A stretch of DNA of 63,954 nucleotides, the filler included, from Neoconidiobolus thromboides FSU 785 (Eukaryota > Fungi > Entomophthoromycota), in assembly GCA_025603075.1 (NCBI GenBank). It is 9 parts of 9 records of this genome, joined end to end, with 100 filler letters (N's around TTAATTAATTAA, not from the genome) between each part and the next. Parts side by side here need not be neighbours in the genome. Positions count along the whole stretch, not along the records: positions 1 to 14,853 come from MU626601.1; 8 more parts are not named here. One strand, written 5' to 3'. The position numbers and the translations under genes are program-made. Positions 1 through 12,201 of this stretch are shown here, in pieces. The first letter of the stretch is position 1. Each line of letters begins with the position of its first letter. The notes beneath the pieces were generated by a model. The model was not told the origin of the DNA, did not search any database, and saw only the letters and a list, made by a program, of their open reading frames with translations.

Positions 1-1
1 T

Positions 2-421
2 GAGAGTTCGGGGCAAACAAGGATTTTTAATATTAGAACTTGGGAAGAGGTAGATAATGTACCTGGAAATAATAGCTCAAATATAGAAAAGAGTGATATA
101 AGAAAAGATGACTCAAAAAGAAATGATTTACTAAAAAAACAAGAGCCAAATTCGCTTAATATCCTACTAATTGCAGATACTATTGGAAGTTTATTTTTTA
201 TCTTATCGATAGTGTTTACCTTACTTTTCATTTACTATAAGAAAAAAAGGAATAATAAATATAAACCAGATGAAAACATACCAAGAGTTATACCCGAACT
301 CGCTATCTTACCTATTTCTAGAGTTACAGATATTAAAGTTGATTTGAGGTATTCCCCTCATTCTACTCATTATTATAAATCTGATGTTACTGATTTAGAT
401 TTACTGGGCTACCTTATCTAA
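2..421 (+). CDS. 3' part of a Kelch-repeat single-pass membrane protein (paralog A), 5' end outside the window
   Basis: The frame is open from base 2 (ESSGQTRIFNIRTWEEVDNVPGNNSSNIEKSDIRK...IADTIGSLFFILSIVFTLLFIYYKKK...) to TAA at 421. Bases 1-108 are identical to the reverse complement of 12524-12631 in paralog B; TM segment and basic stop-transfer are present. Confidence 0.85.
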   Translation, partial: ESSGQTRIFNIRTWEEVDNVPGNNSSNIEKSDIRKDDSKRNDLLKKQEPNSLNILLIADTIGSLFFILSIVFTLLFIYYKKKRNNKYKPDENIPRVIPELAILPISRVTDIKVDLRYSPHSTHYYKSDVTDLDLLGYLI

Positions 422-1086
422 GACTAAAAAATATTCAGCTATAACTATCTGTTTTATTATATAATAAAACAAATTTCGATACCACTTTACAAGTTTGTTT
501 ATGTATTAATAAAATATTTAAGAGCATAGCCCTTTTTAGTAGTTATGCAAAATACCTATGAAAAATGTATACATTTTTAAAAAAATTTGCTTTTTTTTTG
601 TACACTGCATAGCTTTATTATCATAATGAAATTATGGCATATATTAACACCTTGCTCTTTACACATAAATTCAAAATCCTACCAATTTTAAATAGTTTAT
701 TTTTGTACTTTTTATGGTTAAAATTTTCTCAAAATATTTTTTACAAAACTTTAATTGCTTGTGCTTTATGAATATAAAAAATTATAAAAAATTAGAATTT
801 CAAATATTGATTCTTTTCCAGGGATATATACAAACGTACTCGTATAATTAATATAACATATTATGCTTTATATAATAATTTAAATATTATAAATGACATT
901 TCCTACCTAAAACCTTTTCATCCCTTAATTTACTGATCTTTCAACTCATCAATAGCCAACAAAATTTTATAATAAAATGCATTTGATTTGCCTTTGTTAG
1001 AACGCGAAATCAAAAATCAGTGATCTCAACCAATTTTAAAAAGCAAAAATCAACTTCAATACTTTTTTAAAAAACAAATTTTAAAC

Positions 1087-4000
1087 ATGGGATTGGACTA
1101 CATTGAAGTTGAAAACTTCAAATCTTATAGAGGGAAGCAAATGATAGGCCCCTTTTTTAAGTTTACGGCTGTTATAGGACCTAATGGGGCTGGTAAGATT
1201 TAACATTATCAAACTTAATCATCAATTTCAAACCTTTAACATTTAGGTAAATCCAATTTAATGGATGCCATCTGTTTTGTACTTGGAATAAAAACCTTAC
1301 ATTTACGTTCCAGTAATTTAACTGATTTAATCTATCGTGGGATAAAGGGATCCAAGAATCCTGAAGATTCCCCTAAAGAAGCTTGTGTTAAAGCCAATTA
1401 TATCAAATCCGATAACCGTACTAGGATTGAATTTAAACGTACTATCAATAGCAATGGAGTATCAACTTATTATTACAATGGTACTGCTGTGTCTTATAAA
1501 GCTTATTCACAACTTTTAAAAGAAGAAAATATCTTAACCGATGCTAGAAATTTTTTAGTATTTCAAGGAGATGTCGAAGCAGTGGCTAGTCAGTCCTCAA
1601 AAGCCTTAACTGGATTAATCGAAAAAGTTAGTGGTTCCATGGAGTTAAAAGATAGATATGATGAATTGAAGGCACAAATGGAAATAGCTACTGAGGAAAC
1701 AGCATATACTTTTAATAAAAAAAGGGGTATGGATGCAGAAGTTAAACAGTTTAAAGAACAGAAGGAAGAAGCAGATAAGTATCAAGAAATTAGTAATGAA
1801 AAAATGAATTTGGTTGTTAAACAATTATTATGGCGCATTTATCATATTGAACAAAGTTTTGTTGCAACAGAAGAAGAATTGGATAAAACTGACGAGGAAA
1901 TTAAAAGGTTAGAAAGTGAAAGAGTAAGTATACGTTATGTATTATGAAATTTTATTGATTTTTGTTTAGTCCAATGAAGAGCAAAATTATTCTAATCTTA
2001 AAGGAGAAGAAAGTAGTGCTAAGGTTGAAGTCAAAACAGCCGAATTTAGAATTAAAAATGAAAAGGCAAAGCTTGATTCAAAGATACCAGAGATGCTTCT
2101 ATACAATGAAAAAATTATTTGTATCCAATCCAAAGTCAATGATATACAAGAAAATTCAGCTAAAGTAAAAAGAGATTCCGAACGTCAAAAGAAGGTAGTT
2201 GAAGATTTAAAAAGGAATTTGGATCTCTCAAAGAATGCTTTAAAGCTCCATGAACAAGAAGCTGAAAAGATAAAAGCAAAAGATCTTAGTCCAAATGATC
2301 AGATTGAATACAATAGGTTAAGAGAAGAGTTTAATACTAAGTTTGGGCACTTATTACAGAATTTAGAACAGGTTGAAAGACCAGAAAAACGTTGTAAGGA
2401 TCAAGTGGAGGCTACTGAACAAAATTTATTACAGATTCAGCATCGTATAAGCCGTGTTGAGCAAGCTGAAATTGAACTTAAAGATAGAGAGAATGGAGTG
2501 AAAAAGTCATTAGAAAGTAACCAAAAGGAACTAAATGAAGCTAGTAAAGAGCTTAAGGATTTTAAAGATGAGCAAAGCCGACTTGAAATGGAAGAAAAGA
2601 GTAAGAATGAAAGGCTTACAAAAACATTAAATAGTTTAGTTCAAGCTAAAGTGGATGAAAGGATTTCTATTCGAGAGCAAAAATTTAAAGAGGGTCTTGA
2701 GACTTTAAAAAGAATTTTTCCAGGAGTTCATGGGCGTATTGTAGATCTTATCAAACCAAAAGATAAAAAAAATGAAGTAGCTATACTTACTTTATTAGGT
2801 AAAGATTTGGATGCTGTATTAGTTAATAATGAAAGTACAGCTATGGAATGTATTAAATATCTTAAAGATCAACGACTTGGATCTACAAAGTTTATTCCAT
2901 TAAATACCATCTCTTCTGTTTTGATTCAAGATAAATATCGTCATTTTGAAAAAGCTAATTTAGCTATTGATTTGATTGATTATGATAATCGATTTGAAAG
3001 AGCTTTACAATATTGCTGTGGTAATTCCATTGTTTGTGAAGATTTTAATGTGGCTAGGCACATCTGTTTTGAATTAAATCAAGAAGTTAAAGGTAATAAG
3101 AAGAACACTCATTAATATTTAATAATTTTACTAAAATGATTTTATTCTAGCTGTTACATTAAATGGTACTATTATTCATCGAAGCGGTTTAATTACAGGT
3201 GGTGGTGCAGAAATTATTGGATCAACAGCAGCTACTAGACGTTGGGAAGAAAAGAAATTGGATGGTAAGGATGATATTACCTAATAGTATTAAGTAATAA
3301 ATGTCATTATAGAATTAAAAAGAGAAAAGGAAAAATTATTAAATGAATTAAATGAAATTCAAAAATTAAAGAGGAGAGGGAACGTTGAAGAAGTTTTAAA
3401 TATTAAAATTCAAACTTTAAAAGCAAACATTCAATCTTTGCAAGAAGAGAAGGTATTTTATTTTTATCAATTGTTGATGAGATGCTTATTTGTTTTTATT
3501 TAGAGTAAACTTAGTAAAGATTTAATATCCAATGGCCAAGAACAAACGGTTTTAAAGAATAAACAAAATAAACTTCAACAAGATTTAAATCAAGTAAGTT
3601 ACTTTATCTGATTATACTATTAATAAACTAGCTTTTATAAATAGAATAAGAAGGATTTAGATAAGGCTAAAGCAGAAGCGGATGTAGTAAGAAAGGAGGT
3701 TTATCAAGAGCAAGACAGAATATTTTCCACATTTTGTAGTAGATTAAATTTAGCTAATATTCGAGATTATGAAAATTATCGATTAAAATCAACTCAATCT
3801 ATTGTTGAAAGAAACTTGAAATATAAATCAGCTATATCAGTATTAGAAAATCAGTAATTTTAATTAATAATAACACCAAATAATAATTAAATTAACAAAT
3901 AATAACTAATAGATTTACCTTTGAATCCATGCGTCTTGAAGAAACAGAGCAAAGATCAACTGCATTGACACAAAGTTTACAACAAGAATTAAGAGAATAT

Positions 4001-5448
4001 AATGAACAGCAAAGTAAAAAACAACGAGTAAAAGAAGAATGTGATGGATTCAATGAAAATATTCGACAATTAGAGCAACAACTAGGAAATTGTAAACAAA
4101 AATTATTATTGATATCAATTAAAGTACAAGAATGTCAACGAAAGTTAAATCAAAAATTGAATTTAATTAATTCCAATAATAAAATTATTACAGCTAATGA
4201 AACTGTTTTGAGTAAATTGGATGCGGAAAGATCTTCTATTATTAGACGTTGTAAGTTGGAAACTTTACCTCTTCCTTTAAGAGCTGGACAAACTTTAAAT
4301 AGATTTGATTTGATTCAGGTAAATAAAATAATGAATCTAAATGGTTTAGATATTTATCTTATTTTAGGGGGATCGTCGAGATACAGGTAGAGACTATGAA
4401 CAAATGGAAAACAGAAGAATTAAAAGAAGTGATTGGCAACTTAAAATTGAATTTCAATCTATTACTCAAGATATGAGAAGAGTAAATTTTTATTTTATTT
4501 TATTTTATAAAAAAGAAATCAAAATATTAATTAATTTATTATTTTACAAAAACAGAAAGATTACGAAGAAGAAATGAGAAAATTAGATGAAAAAATTAAC
4601 CAATTAAGCAACGAATTGGATAAAATGGCACCTAATCTTAAAGCTGCTTTAAAGTAACCTATTTTATTATTAAATTTAATTATTTATATATTTTAATTAA
4701 TAAAATTTATTTAGATTTAATGATGCACGTAAAAAATCGAATCAAACCGAAAAAGAGTTTAATCAAACAAGGCAATATATGACTGAATTAAGAAGTCAAT
4801 TTAATCAAGTTAAAAATGAAAGGTAAAAATAGAGTAATTCGATAATAAATATTAACAACTAAATCCTTTATTTAGATACAATCACTTTTACAAAGCATTT
4901 GAACACATCCGTAATGCTATCAATCCCATTTATAAAGAGTTAACACGTGGAAGAGCCTTCCCCATGGGTGGTACTGCTTATTTAAGTTTAGAAAATAGTG
5001 AAGAGCCATACCTAGAAGGAATAAAATACCATGCAATGCCCCCAATGAAACGCTTCCGTGACATGGAACAATTATCCGGTGGGGAAAAATCGGTAGCTGC
5101 CTTAGCTTTATTATTTGCTATTCATTCTTTCCAACCAGCTCCATTTTTTGTATTAGATGAAGTAGATGCTGCTTTAGATAATTTTAATGTACATAAAGTG
5201 GCAAGTTATTTAAGAAAATATTCTAGTCCAGATGTAGAAAAACAAACACAGTTTTTGGTCATTTCATTAAAGAAAGGATTATTTGAAAGAGCTAATTCAC
5301 TTGTTGGTGTTTGCAGAGATAGAGCTAAAAATTCTTCAATGGTGTTAACGTTGGATGTAAGTTATTTATTTTTATGCTTTTGATTATATATTAATAGATT
5401 TTTTAGTTGGAACAATATGATACTGGTATTGCTGGCGAAGGTCATTAA
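1087..5448 (+). CDS. SMC1: Cohesin subunit SMC1, multi-exon
   Basis: Starts [16 protein letters not shown]. Walker A GPNGAG|KSN is split by intron 1193-1246. Hinge region [12 protein letters not shown], signature [15 protein letters not shown] and Walker [13 protein letters not shown] are present. The last exon follows intron 5357-5406 and ends at TAA 5446-5448. Confidence 0.96.
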
Positions 5449-5671
5449 ATAAATGGATTGTAAAGATAGCAATAAATTGAAAGTAATTTAAATAATTTAA
5501 ATTTAACTTTGATTATGTTTTAACAATTTATTTTTTATAATTATCAAAGATTAACATGTTAAATTAATTTAAGATATTTTATAATTAAATTTAAAATTTG
5601 ATATCATAATAACAACTAATAATATATCATTTTTAATATAAAAATCCACTTTATTTCCCATTTCAACTTGA

Positions 5672-7228
5672 TTAAATCTTTGCTTTCTTACCAAAGAAAT
5701 CGACCATTTTTCTTCTTTGAATTTTTCCAGTGGCTGTCTTTGGTAACTTATCAGTAAAATAAATTTTCTTTGGGACTTTAAACTTGGCCATTTTGAGTTC
5801 ACAAAAGTTTTTAATTTCTTGTTCTGTAACTTTTTGTCCTTCCTTAACTTTAACCACTGCATTCACTTCTTGACCATATTTTTTATCGTCTACTGCAAAG
5901 CATACCGCTTCCGCAATTTTACTATGTTGTAATAATACACCATCCACTTCTAGAGGTGATATTTTTTCACCACCACGATTAATTAATTCCTTAATTCTAC
6001 CGGTTAAGAAAAGATAACCATCCTTATCAAATTTACCTTGATCTCCTGTTCTAAAATAACCTTCCAAAGTAAATGATTCTTGATTAGCTTTGATATTATT
6101 AAGATAACCTTTAGTAACATTTTCTCCTTTAATACATACTTCTCCTTCTTCTACTTCTTTACCTTCAGAATCTAATATTTTAATTGATACACCTTGAGGA
6201 ATTCCTACTGATCCTGGTTTTTGTTGATTAAGAGATAAAGGGTTACTCGTCATTTGATGGGCGGCTTCGGTCATAGCATAAGCCTCTAAAACTGGTGCTT
6301 GAAACTTATTTTTTAAATCCTCAAATGTCTTAGGTGCTAATGAAGAAGAACATGAACGAATAAATCGAATATTAATCTTTTTTTCTTGTTTAGGAAATGG
6401 TATATTTAATAATATTTGATGAATAGTAGGTACTGCTGAATACCAAGTACATTCATAATTTCCAAAATCTTCCCAAAATGTAGTAGCGGAAAATTTAGGT
6501 GGAATGATACAATGACCACCTGATAAAAGTGTAGAAAATAAAGCACCAATTAAACCATGAACATGAAACAACGGCATTACAATATAACTTTTATCATTGG
6601 AAGTTAAGTGATAAGTATTAATAATGTTCTTTAATGTAGTGACTATATTTTTATGAGTTAATGGCACCGCTTTTGGTTGACCAGTAGTACCCGATGTATG
6701 TAATAATAAAGCCACGTCAGAAGGTATTGGTTTGATATTTCTACTTTTATCCTCATAAATCTTATTTGTATTATTCCCATTCCAAGGAGTTAATTCCACT
6801 TTCTCATTATTCCATTTTAATATTAACAAATTTAAATTCAATTTTTTAATTACTTTTAAAATGGGAATATCATCTGAAACGAATAAATTTTCATGTAATA
6901 TCACTGTTTTTGAATTAGAATCTTTTAAATAAAATTCGAATTCAGTGCTAGTAAATGTAGCATTTAATGGACAGGCAACCCCTCGAAGTTGGACAATGGA
7001 TAAGAAAGTGAGTACAAATTCAATACTATTATCACATAATAAGGTTACTCGATCATTGGAAGAGAGTTGAGTGTAAGTATAAAGCTGAGAACTTAAGGAA
7101 GAGAGTTGGGTTTGTAATTGATTGTAAGTCAAAGTGACATCTTTTGCTTTAACATGGGCTTTAGTGTTGGTAAGTGCAGGACGATTTACATCACTAGGGG
7201 TTAATAAATCAAGTAAAGTGAGGGCCAT
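5672..7228 (-). CDS. PCS60: Peroxisomal acyl-CoA synthetase, oxalate--CoA ligase (Pcs60/AAE3-like)
   Basis: AMP-binding LHTSGTTGQPKAVPLTH, MPLFHVHGL, YAMTEAAHQM, RTGDQG and GRIKELINRGGEKISP motifs. The C-terminal AKI resembles a PTS1 variant. Confidence 0.85.
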   Translation of the reverse strand: MALTLLDLLTPSDVNRPALTNTKAHVKAKDVTLTYNQLQTQLSSLSSQLYTYTQLSSNDRVTLLCDNSIEFVLTFLSIVQLRGVACPLNATFTSTEFEFYLKDSNSKTVILHENLFVSDDIPILKVIKKLNLNLLILKWNNEKVELTPWNGNNTNKIYEDKSRNIKPIPSDVALLLHTSGTTGQPKAVPLTHKNIVTTLKNIINTYHLTSNDKSYIVMPLFHVHGLIGALFSTLLSGGHCIIPPKFSATTFWEDFGNYECTWYSAVPTIHQILLNIPFPKQEKKINIRFIRSCSSSLAPKTFEDLKNKFQAPVLEAYAMTEAAHQMTSNPLSLNQQKPGSVGIPQGVSIKILDSEGKEVEEGEVCIKGENVTKGYLNNIKANQESFTLEGYFRTGDQGKFDKDGYLFLTGRIKELINRGGEKISPLEVDGVLLQHSKIAEAVCFAVDDKKYGQEVNAVVKVKEGQKVTEQEIKNFCELKMAKFKVPKKIYFTDKLPKTATGKIQRRKMVDFFGKKAKI

Positions 7229-7537
7229 TGTTTAGATTGTATATGATTATTATAAAATTTAATAGAATTTAATCTGTAAAAAATTTCAAGTTTTAAGAGA
7301 TAAGTAATTGATGAGGTTATTTATAGTAGTTATCGCGTTATAGAAAATTTTGGAATAAATGAAATTATGACCAAATTCGTATAGTAGTTAAATAAATTTA
7401 CTTCTAAATTGAGTTATTTATTAAGATTTATTTTTAGTATTATCAATTGATAAGTGTCAGTTTGATTCATAAGTTTAAGTTGATTGTGATTGTATTTTAA
7501 ATTTTTGTTTCTTTTAGAATTTAATAAAGTATGAAAA

Positions 7538-8852
7538 ATGACTCAAAAAATCAACCGAAGTAATGATAATAACAAACATAATAAAAATAAAGATAAAAAT
7601 GAAAATACTTTCAAATACCCAATAATTCATACTTTACCTATTCATCCAGATGGTGATTACATGTGGTTAATTTATGAAGTTATAAAAGATTTGAAAAAAT
7701 ATGTAACATTATTGTTCTATCAATATCATCTGAATAAAAACTCAAGGAAAAGAAAACAAGTCAAATCACAACAAAAATATATAAATACAAAAACAAATAT
7801 TTATCAAAGTTGTATTATTTATCAACAATTAAGACTGGGAAAATGTAAGATTGAATTAAAATATCAAGGAGAAGGTATAAAGTTTCGAGTTAAAGAAAAG
7901 ACAACGATGAGATTCTTTTATCATTTTGGTAATTTTGGTAAATTGAGTTATTTCTTTAAAAAAGAACCAAGGTTAATTCAAGGTAATAATAATAATAATA
8001 ATAATTTTTATAACAATAAGCATAAGGAAAGATTTATTAATAATATATTGATATTTATAGATAATGAAGAATATAATTTAGACTTATTAGAAGTTTATTT
8101 TTTAAAAAAGGGATTTGAAGATAAAATACAAATTAAGGATAATATTGGTGTAAGTTATATAAACTAATTATAATAATAATGTTTTTATTATATAATTTTA
8201 TTAGGTAACTTGGACTTCAACTATGTTATTTCATCTAGGTTATAAATTATACTCTGATAAATTTGTAAATGAATATTTAGTTTATCATTATTTTCGTTCT
8301 AATGGCTGGGTAGTCAAAAACGGTTTAAAATTTGCAACTAACTTTGGTAATTTTAATACTTGTTTTAATGTTTTATTTTATTTAATATTATTATTATATA
8401 TTATTAATATAAAATATTAATATGAATTTATTTTAGTTTTATATAAAGATGGTCCAACTTATCAACATTCAAAGTAAATTATTAAGAATTAGGTCAAAAT
8501 GAGTTTTATAAGACTAATACTTTGTTATCAGATATGCAGTTATTATTAAATCAATTAATAATATTAACGATATCATATTGAGTTGGAAAGACTTAATTCA
8601 GTATACCAGATTAGCATCACAAATTAAAAAAGTAAGTAAATAATAATAATCATATATTATTATTATAATCATATATTATAATAATATTAATATTATAATT
8701 TAACTTAATTTATATAGGAATTATTATTATGTTTTGTTATAAAACCAAAAGAAAATAGAATAGATAATATTAACATTAATGAAAATCAACTAAATTTATT
8801 TAATATTAAAGTTATTAATATTCATCGTTGGGTACCTGAAAAGAATCGATAA
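7538..8852 (+). CDS. SEN2: tRNA-splicing endonuclease catalytic subunit Sen2, multi-exon
   Basis: Spliced reading gives YHYFRSNGWVVKNGLKFATNF|VLYKDGPTYQHS...SWKDLIQYTRLASQIKK|ELLLCFV...HRWVPEKNR*. The Tyr/His/Lys triad positions are present; stop at 8850-8852. Confidence 0.85.
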
Positions 8853-8858
8853 TATTTA

Positions 8859-11051
8859 TTAATAATTAATAATAATATTAATCTCATTATTAGTATCAAT
8901 TGTATCTAATAAAATAGTTAAAAGTGGGTATTTGTTATTCGAATAATTAAATTGATGTAATGGATTATTATCACTAAATAAAATAGATTTTGGTGGAATT
9001 GATTGATTATGAATTAATAATTGATATTTTCTTGATGTTGATTTACCGTTATAATCTCCAGTTACTGCATTTATTTTCAATTTAATTGAAGATGAAGTTA
9101 CTGTCATTTCATATTTTTGCAAAGTAAATTGATTGTTTTTAAATTGTCTTGTTACTAAATCATCTTCATATAATTTATATTCAACTGTATCGTTATTGTT
9201 ATTATTTATAAAATTAGATGGATAAATATCTAATATTATTAAATCATTTAATTTACGTTGCTTATAACTATTAATTGAATTCCACATTGGTATAATAGAA
9301 TTTTCTTTGACAAATAAAGGTAATATATCTAATGGAGCATTATAATTGTTCAATGTGATTGGCCCAGTATATATTTTATTATTCCAATAGTCAATCCATT
9401 TACCTTGGGGTAAATAAATATTATCTCTTTTTAATTCATTTTTATAAACTGGTGCTACTAAAAATGAATTACCAAACATATATTGATATTTCATCAACTC
9501 TTTATCATAAGTTGATTTGTCATCAGGATATTCTAATAACATAGAACGAACAATTGGAATCCCAGTTTGATAAGCTTCATAAGCTAATGTATAAATATAA
9601 GGTAATAATTGTTCTCTTAATTTTAAGTATTTTCTATTGATAGAAGTACCAGGTTCACCAAATCTCCAAGGTTGTTTGTCTTTTGATGCCCAACCTGAAA
9701 TTGACATAAATACAGGTGTAAATACTTTAAATTGTAAATCTCTAATAAAGGTATTAGGACTACCTTCAAATATACCATCAATATCACCAGCTGTATAAAC
9801 TTGACTTGATAATCCAGAACCATGAATTGTTGGTATATGAAATCTTATGTTTTCCCATGTACCATATTGATCTCCTGTCCATTGAACAGAACACTTTTGT
9901 ACACCTGCCCATCCTTCCACTTGCCAAACAAATCCTCTTGCTGTTGAATAATCTTGTATGCCATTATAAGCTTCATTACAAGCTTTAAATCCAAATTCAT
10001 AACCCCTACCTACCCATTTAACATCTAACTTTCTAACTCTTACACCCCATTTACCAACTTCGTTAGGTTGATTATTTAAATTAGATTCTGTCCATAATCC
10101 TAATGTAATATTTCTTTTATTCAAAGATTGATTTGTTTCATTTAATTGTGTATAACCACAGCCATAACCATCATTAACTAACATCCAACCAATTGGTAAA
10201 TCATTTTCAATATAACCATCTGCTACTTTAGTAGAATCAATTAATGTATCTTTTGGTGGTCTACCATTAGCAGTCTTAGAATAACAATCAGCATCTCCTA
10301 ATTCCAAACCATAAATCGGGGGCATAAATGGACGTCCAGTTAAATAAGTGTATTTATTTAGTATTTGTTTATAATTTCCAATAAAATAATAACTATCTAA
10401 TTTATTTTCATTATGAATTAATTGTATTTGATTTTTAAAATTATAATTTCCTGGTGAAAATGTATTTCTAAAAATACCGTATCCTTTAGATGACATCATA
10501 AATGGCACAGGGTTAGGGTTACCTCCATCATTCCAATTATAACTTACAGTTATATTAATATTACTATCTTTATGATTAAATCGTCCATTTTGCATACCAC
10601 CGCCAAAGAAATGTTCATCTTTATCATAAATAAAAGATTGTATTGTAGAAGAAGTATCAATATTAATGGGATTATTTTCATTAAATAAAATAATATCATT
10701 ACTAATTAATTGAAATTTTAAAGGAGTTTTATTGATCTTTAATTGAGCATTGATATTCTTATTAGTTAATATAATTTCTTTAGCAGTGTTGGTGTAAATA
10801 ATAGCTGGTGTTTCAAAAATATCAGTAACAGTTATTTTTGTCTTTAATTCTTCAAATTGACTATTAGATAATACAGCTTGAATTCTTAATATTTGATCTT
10901 CTAACCAAGTAATTTTCAATTTACTATTATTATCGCTAACAATTAAATATTGATTGTTATTAACTATTTGGATATCTTTAAAATTTCCAATAGATGTAGA
11001 GAATACCAAATAAGGCAAGAATAAAAGGACAGAAAATAAGAGAGATAACAT
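8859..11051 (-). CDS. Secreted GH31 glycoside hydrolase, bacterial CPE1046/Nag31-type (putative alpha-N-acetylgalactosaminidase), intronless
   Basis: Signal peptide; HFFGGGMQNGRF, GWMLVNDGYGCGY, RKLDVKWVG (nucleophile Asp), WTGDQ (acid/base Asp), FHIPTIHGSGLS and YLKLREQLLPYIY motifs. GH31 is secure; the subfamily call comes from recalled motifs. Confidence 0.8.
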   Translation of the reverse strand: MLSLLFSVLLFLPYLVFSTSIGNFKDIQIVNNNQYLIVSDNNSKLKITWLEDQILRIQAVLSNSQFEELKTKITVTDIFETPAIIYTNTAKEIILTNKNINAQLKINKTPLKFQLISNDIILFNENNPINIDTSSTIQSFIYDKDEHFFGGGMQNGRFNHKDSNINITVSYNWNDGGNPNPVPFMMSSKGYGIFRNTFSPGNYNFKNQIQLIHNENKLDSYYFIGNYKQILNKYTYLTGRPFMPPIYGLELGDADCYSKTANGRPPKDTLIDSTKVADGYIENDLPIGWMLVNDGYGCGYTQLNETNQSLNKRNITLGLWTESNLNNQPNEVGKWGVRVRKLDVKWVGRGYEFGFKACNEAYNGIQDYSTARGFVWQVEGWAGVQKCSVQWTGDQYGTWENIRFHIPTIHGSGLSSQVYTAGDIDGIFEGSPNTFIRDLQFKVFTPVFMSISGWASKDKQPWRFGEPGTSINRKYLKLREQLLPYIYTLAYEAYQTGIPIVRSMLLEYPDDKSTYDKELMKYQYMFGNSFLVAPVYKNELKRDNIYLPQGKWIDYWNNKIYTGPITLNNYNAPLDILPLFVKENSIIPMWNSINSYKQRKLNDLIILDIYPSNFINNNNNDTVEYKLYEDDLVTRQFKNNQFTLQKYEMTVTSSSIKLKINAVTGDYNGKSTSRKYQLLIHNQSIPPKSILFSDNNPLHQFNYSNNKYPLLTILLDTIDTNNEINIIINY

Positions 11052-11949
11052 TATTATTTATGTATTTTTTGTTGAAAGCTAAAGAGTTTGAGTTTTCTTT
11101 TATACCTTTTACTTTTTTACTTTTTTACTTTTTAAATGCATTTTTTATTGAACTATAATGCTTAATAGAATTAATTACTCATTTTATTAAATTTAAAAAT
11201 CTATTTAAAGACTAACTCAGTTTAACTTATAATATTACATCTATTTATTTTAGTATGCTACTTTGAATCTAACTAAGTTATTTTTTCGAAAATTCCTATA
11301 TTTAATTACTGACTTTTAAAATAATTATGTATGATAAAATGTGATATTATCATTCAAATAACCTTATGATAAGTCATTATATAAAGTTTAAATTAAAATA
11401 AAGTGTTATGATTGGATTGAATTGAACAAGTCTAATATTACTACTTAACTGTTCTCTATAACAATGTTTTTAAAATATTAATTTTTGATTTATGTTAATA
11501 CAATAGCATAAATACAAAACTATTTCGTATAATACCCGTCATTCCTAGAATCTCATCAACAGAGCATCTACTCTTATTACCTTTATAGTGTTGTCTAATA
11601 GAAATAAAAAAAGCAAATATTTTAATACTAACTTTAAATTATTAATCTTTCATTTTATTATATAGTTATTTTACATTCTTTTCACTTATGATTTATCATT
11701 AGTTTTTTATTCGTTAAGCTAAATAAAACAATAAACCTTTTAAATTTTATTCAAGTCAAAGTTATTTTTCTTATAATGATAGCTTAAACAAAGTTAAATA
11801 TAAGTATAATTTAAAGGTCAATGCCAAGGGTTTATTGAGTATAATGGGTGTAAAGCTATAAACTTATTATAGTTATAAGTATATTATTTGTCTTTTAAAT
11901 TGTTTGATTTTGTTGATAATAAAATAAATTGATTGAATTTAGCCTAATT

Positions 11950-12044
11950 ATGGATGTATTTTGTGTTTAAGAATTTTGCTAATAATTTTTCCACTCAAAT
12001 AGCGCTTAAGGGATAGAAAAAGCAAAGCCAAAAAAAATATCCCC
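11950..12044 (+). mobile_element. MITE family 1, copy 1
   Basis: ATGGATGTATTTT...TTTAAGAATTTT...CTCAAATAGCGCTTAA...AAAAATATCCCC; AATT on both flanks. Confidence 0.85.
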
Positions 12045-12201
12045 AATTGAAGTTTATTTTTAAATTTAAAATATTATTATTAAATAGCTATTATTAATTT
12101 ACACATTCAAAGTTTATCTTTTAAAATATTTAAAAAAAAATAAACTCTGATAATTAACTATTTTAATATAAAATAAAACTCATAATTAATCAACCTTTGT
12201 T

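Noticed and set aside
5569-5862. Short ORFs overlapping real genes in other frames or antisense (also 1962-2168, 9359-9988, 12449-12706, 25549-25788, 27833-28558, 31846-32122, 45462-45671, 52236-52424, 59606-61087, 61909-62112)
   Set aside because: Shadow frames of well-supported genes with no recognisable motifs.
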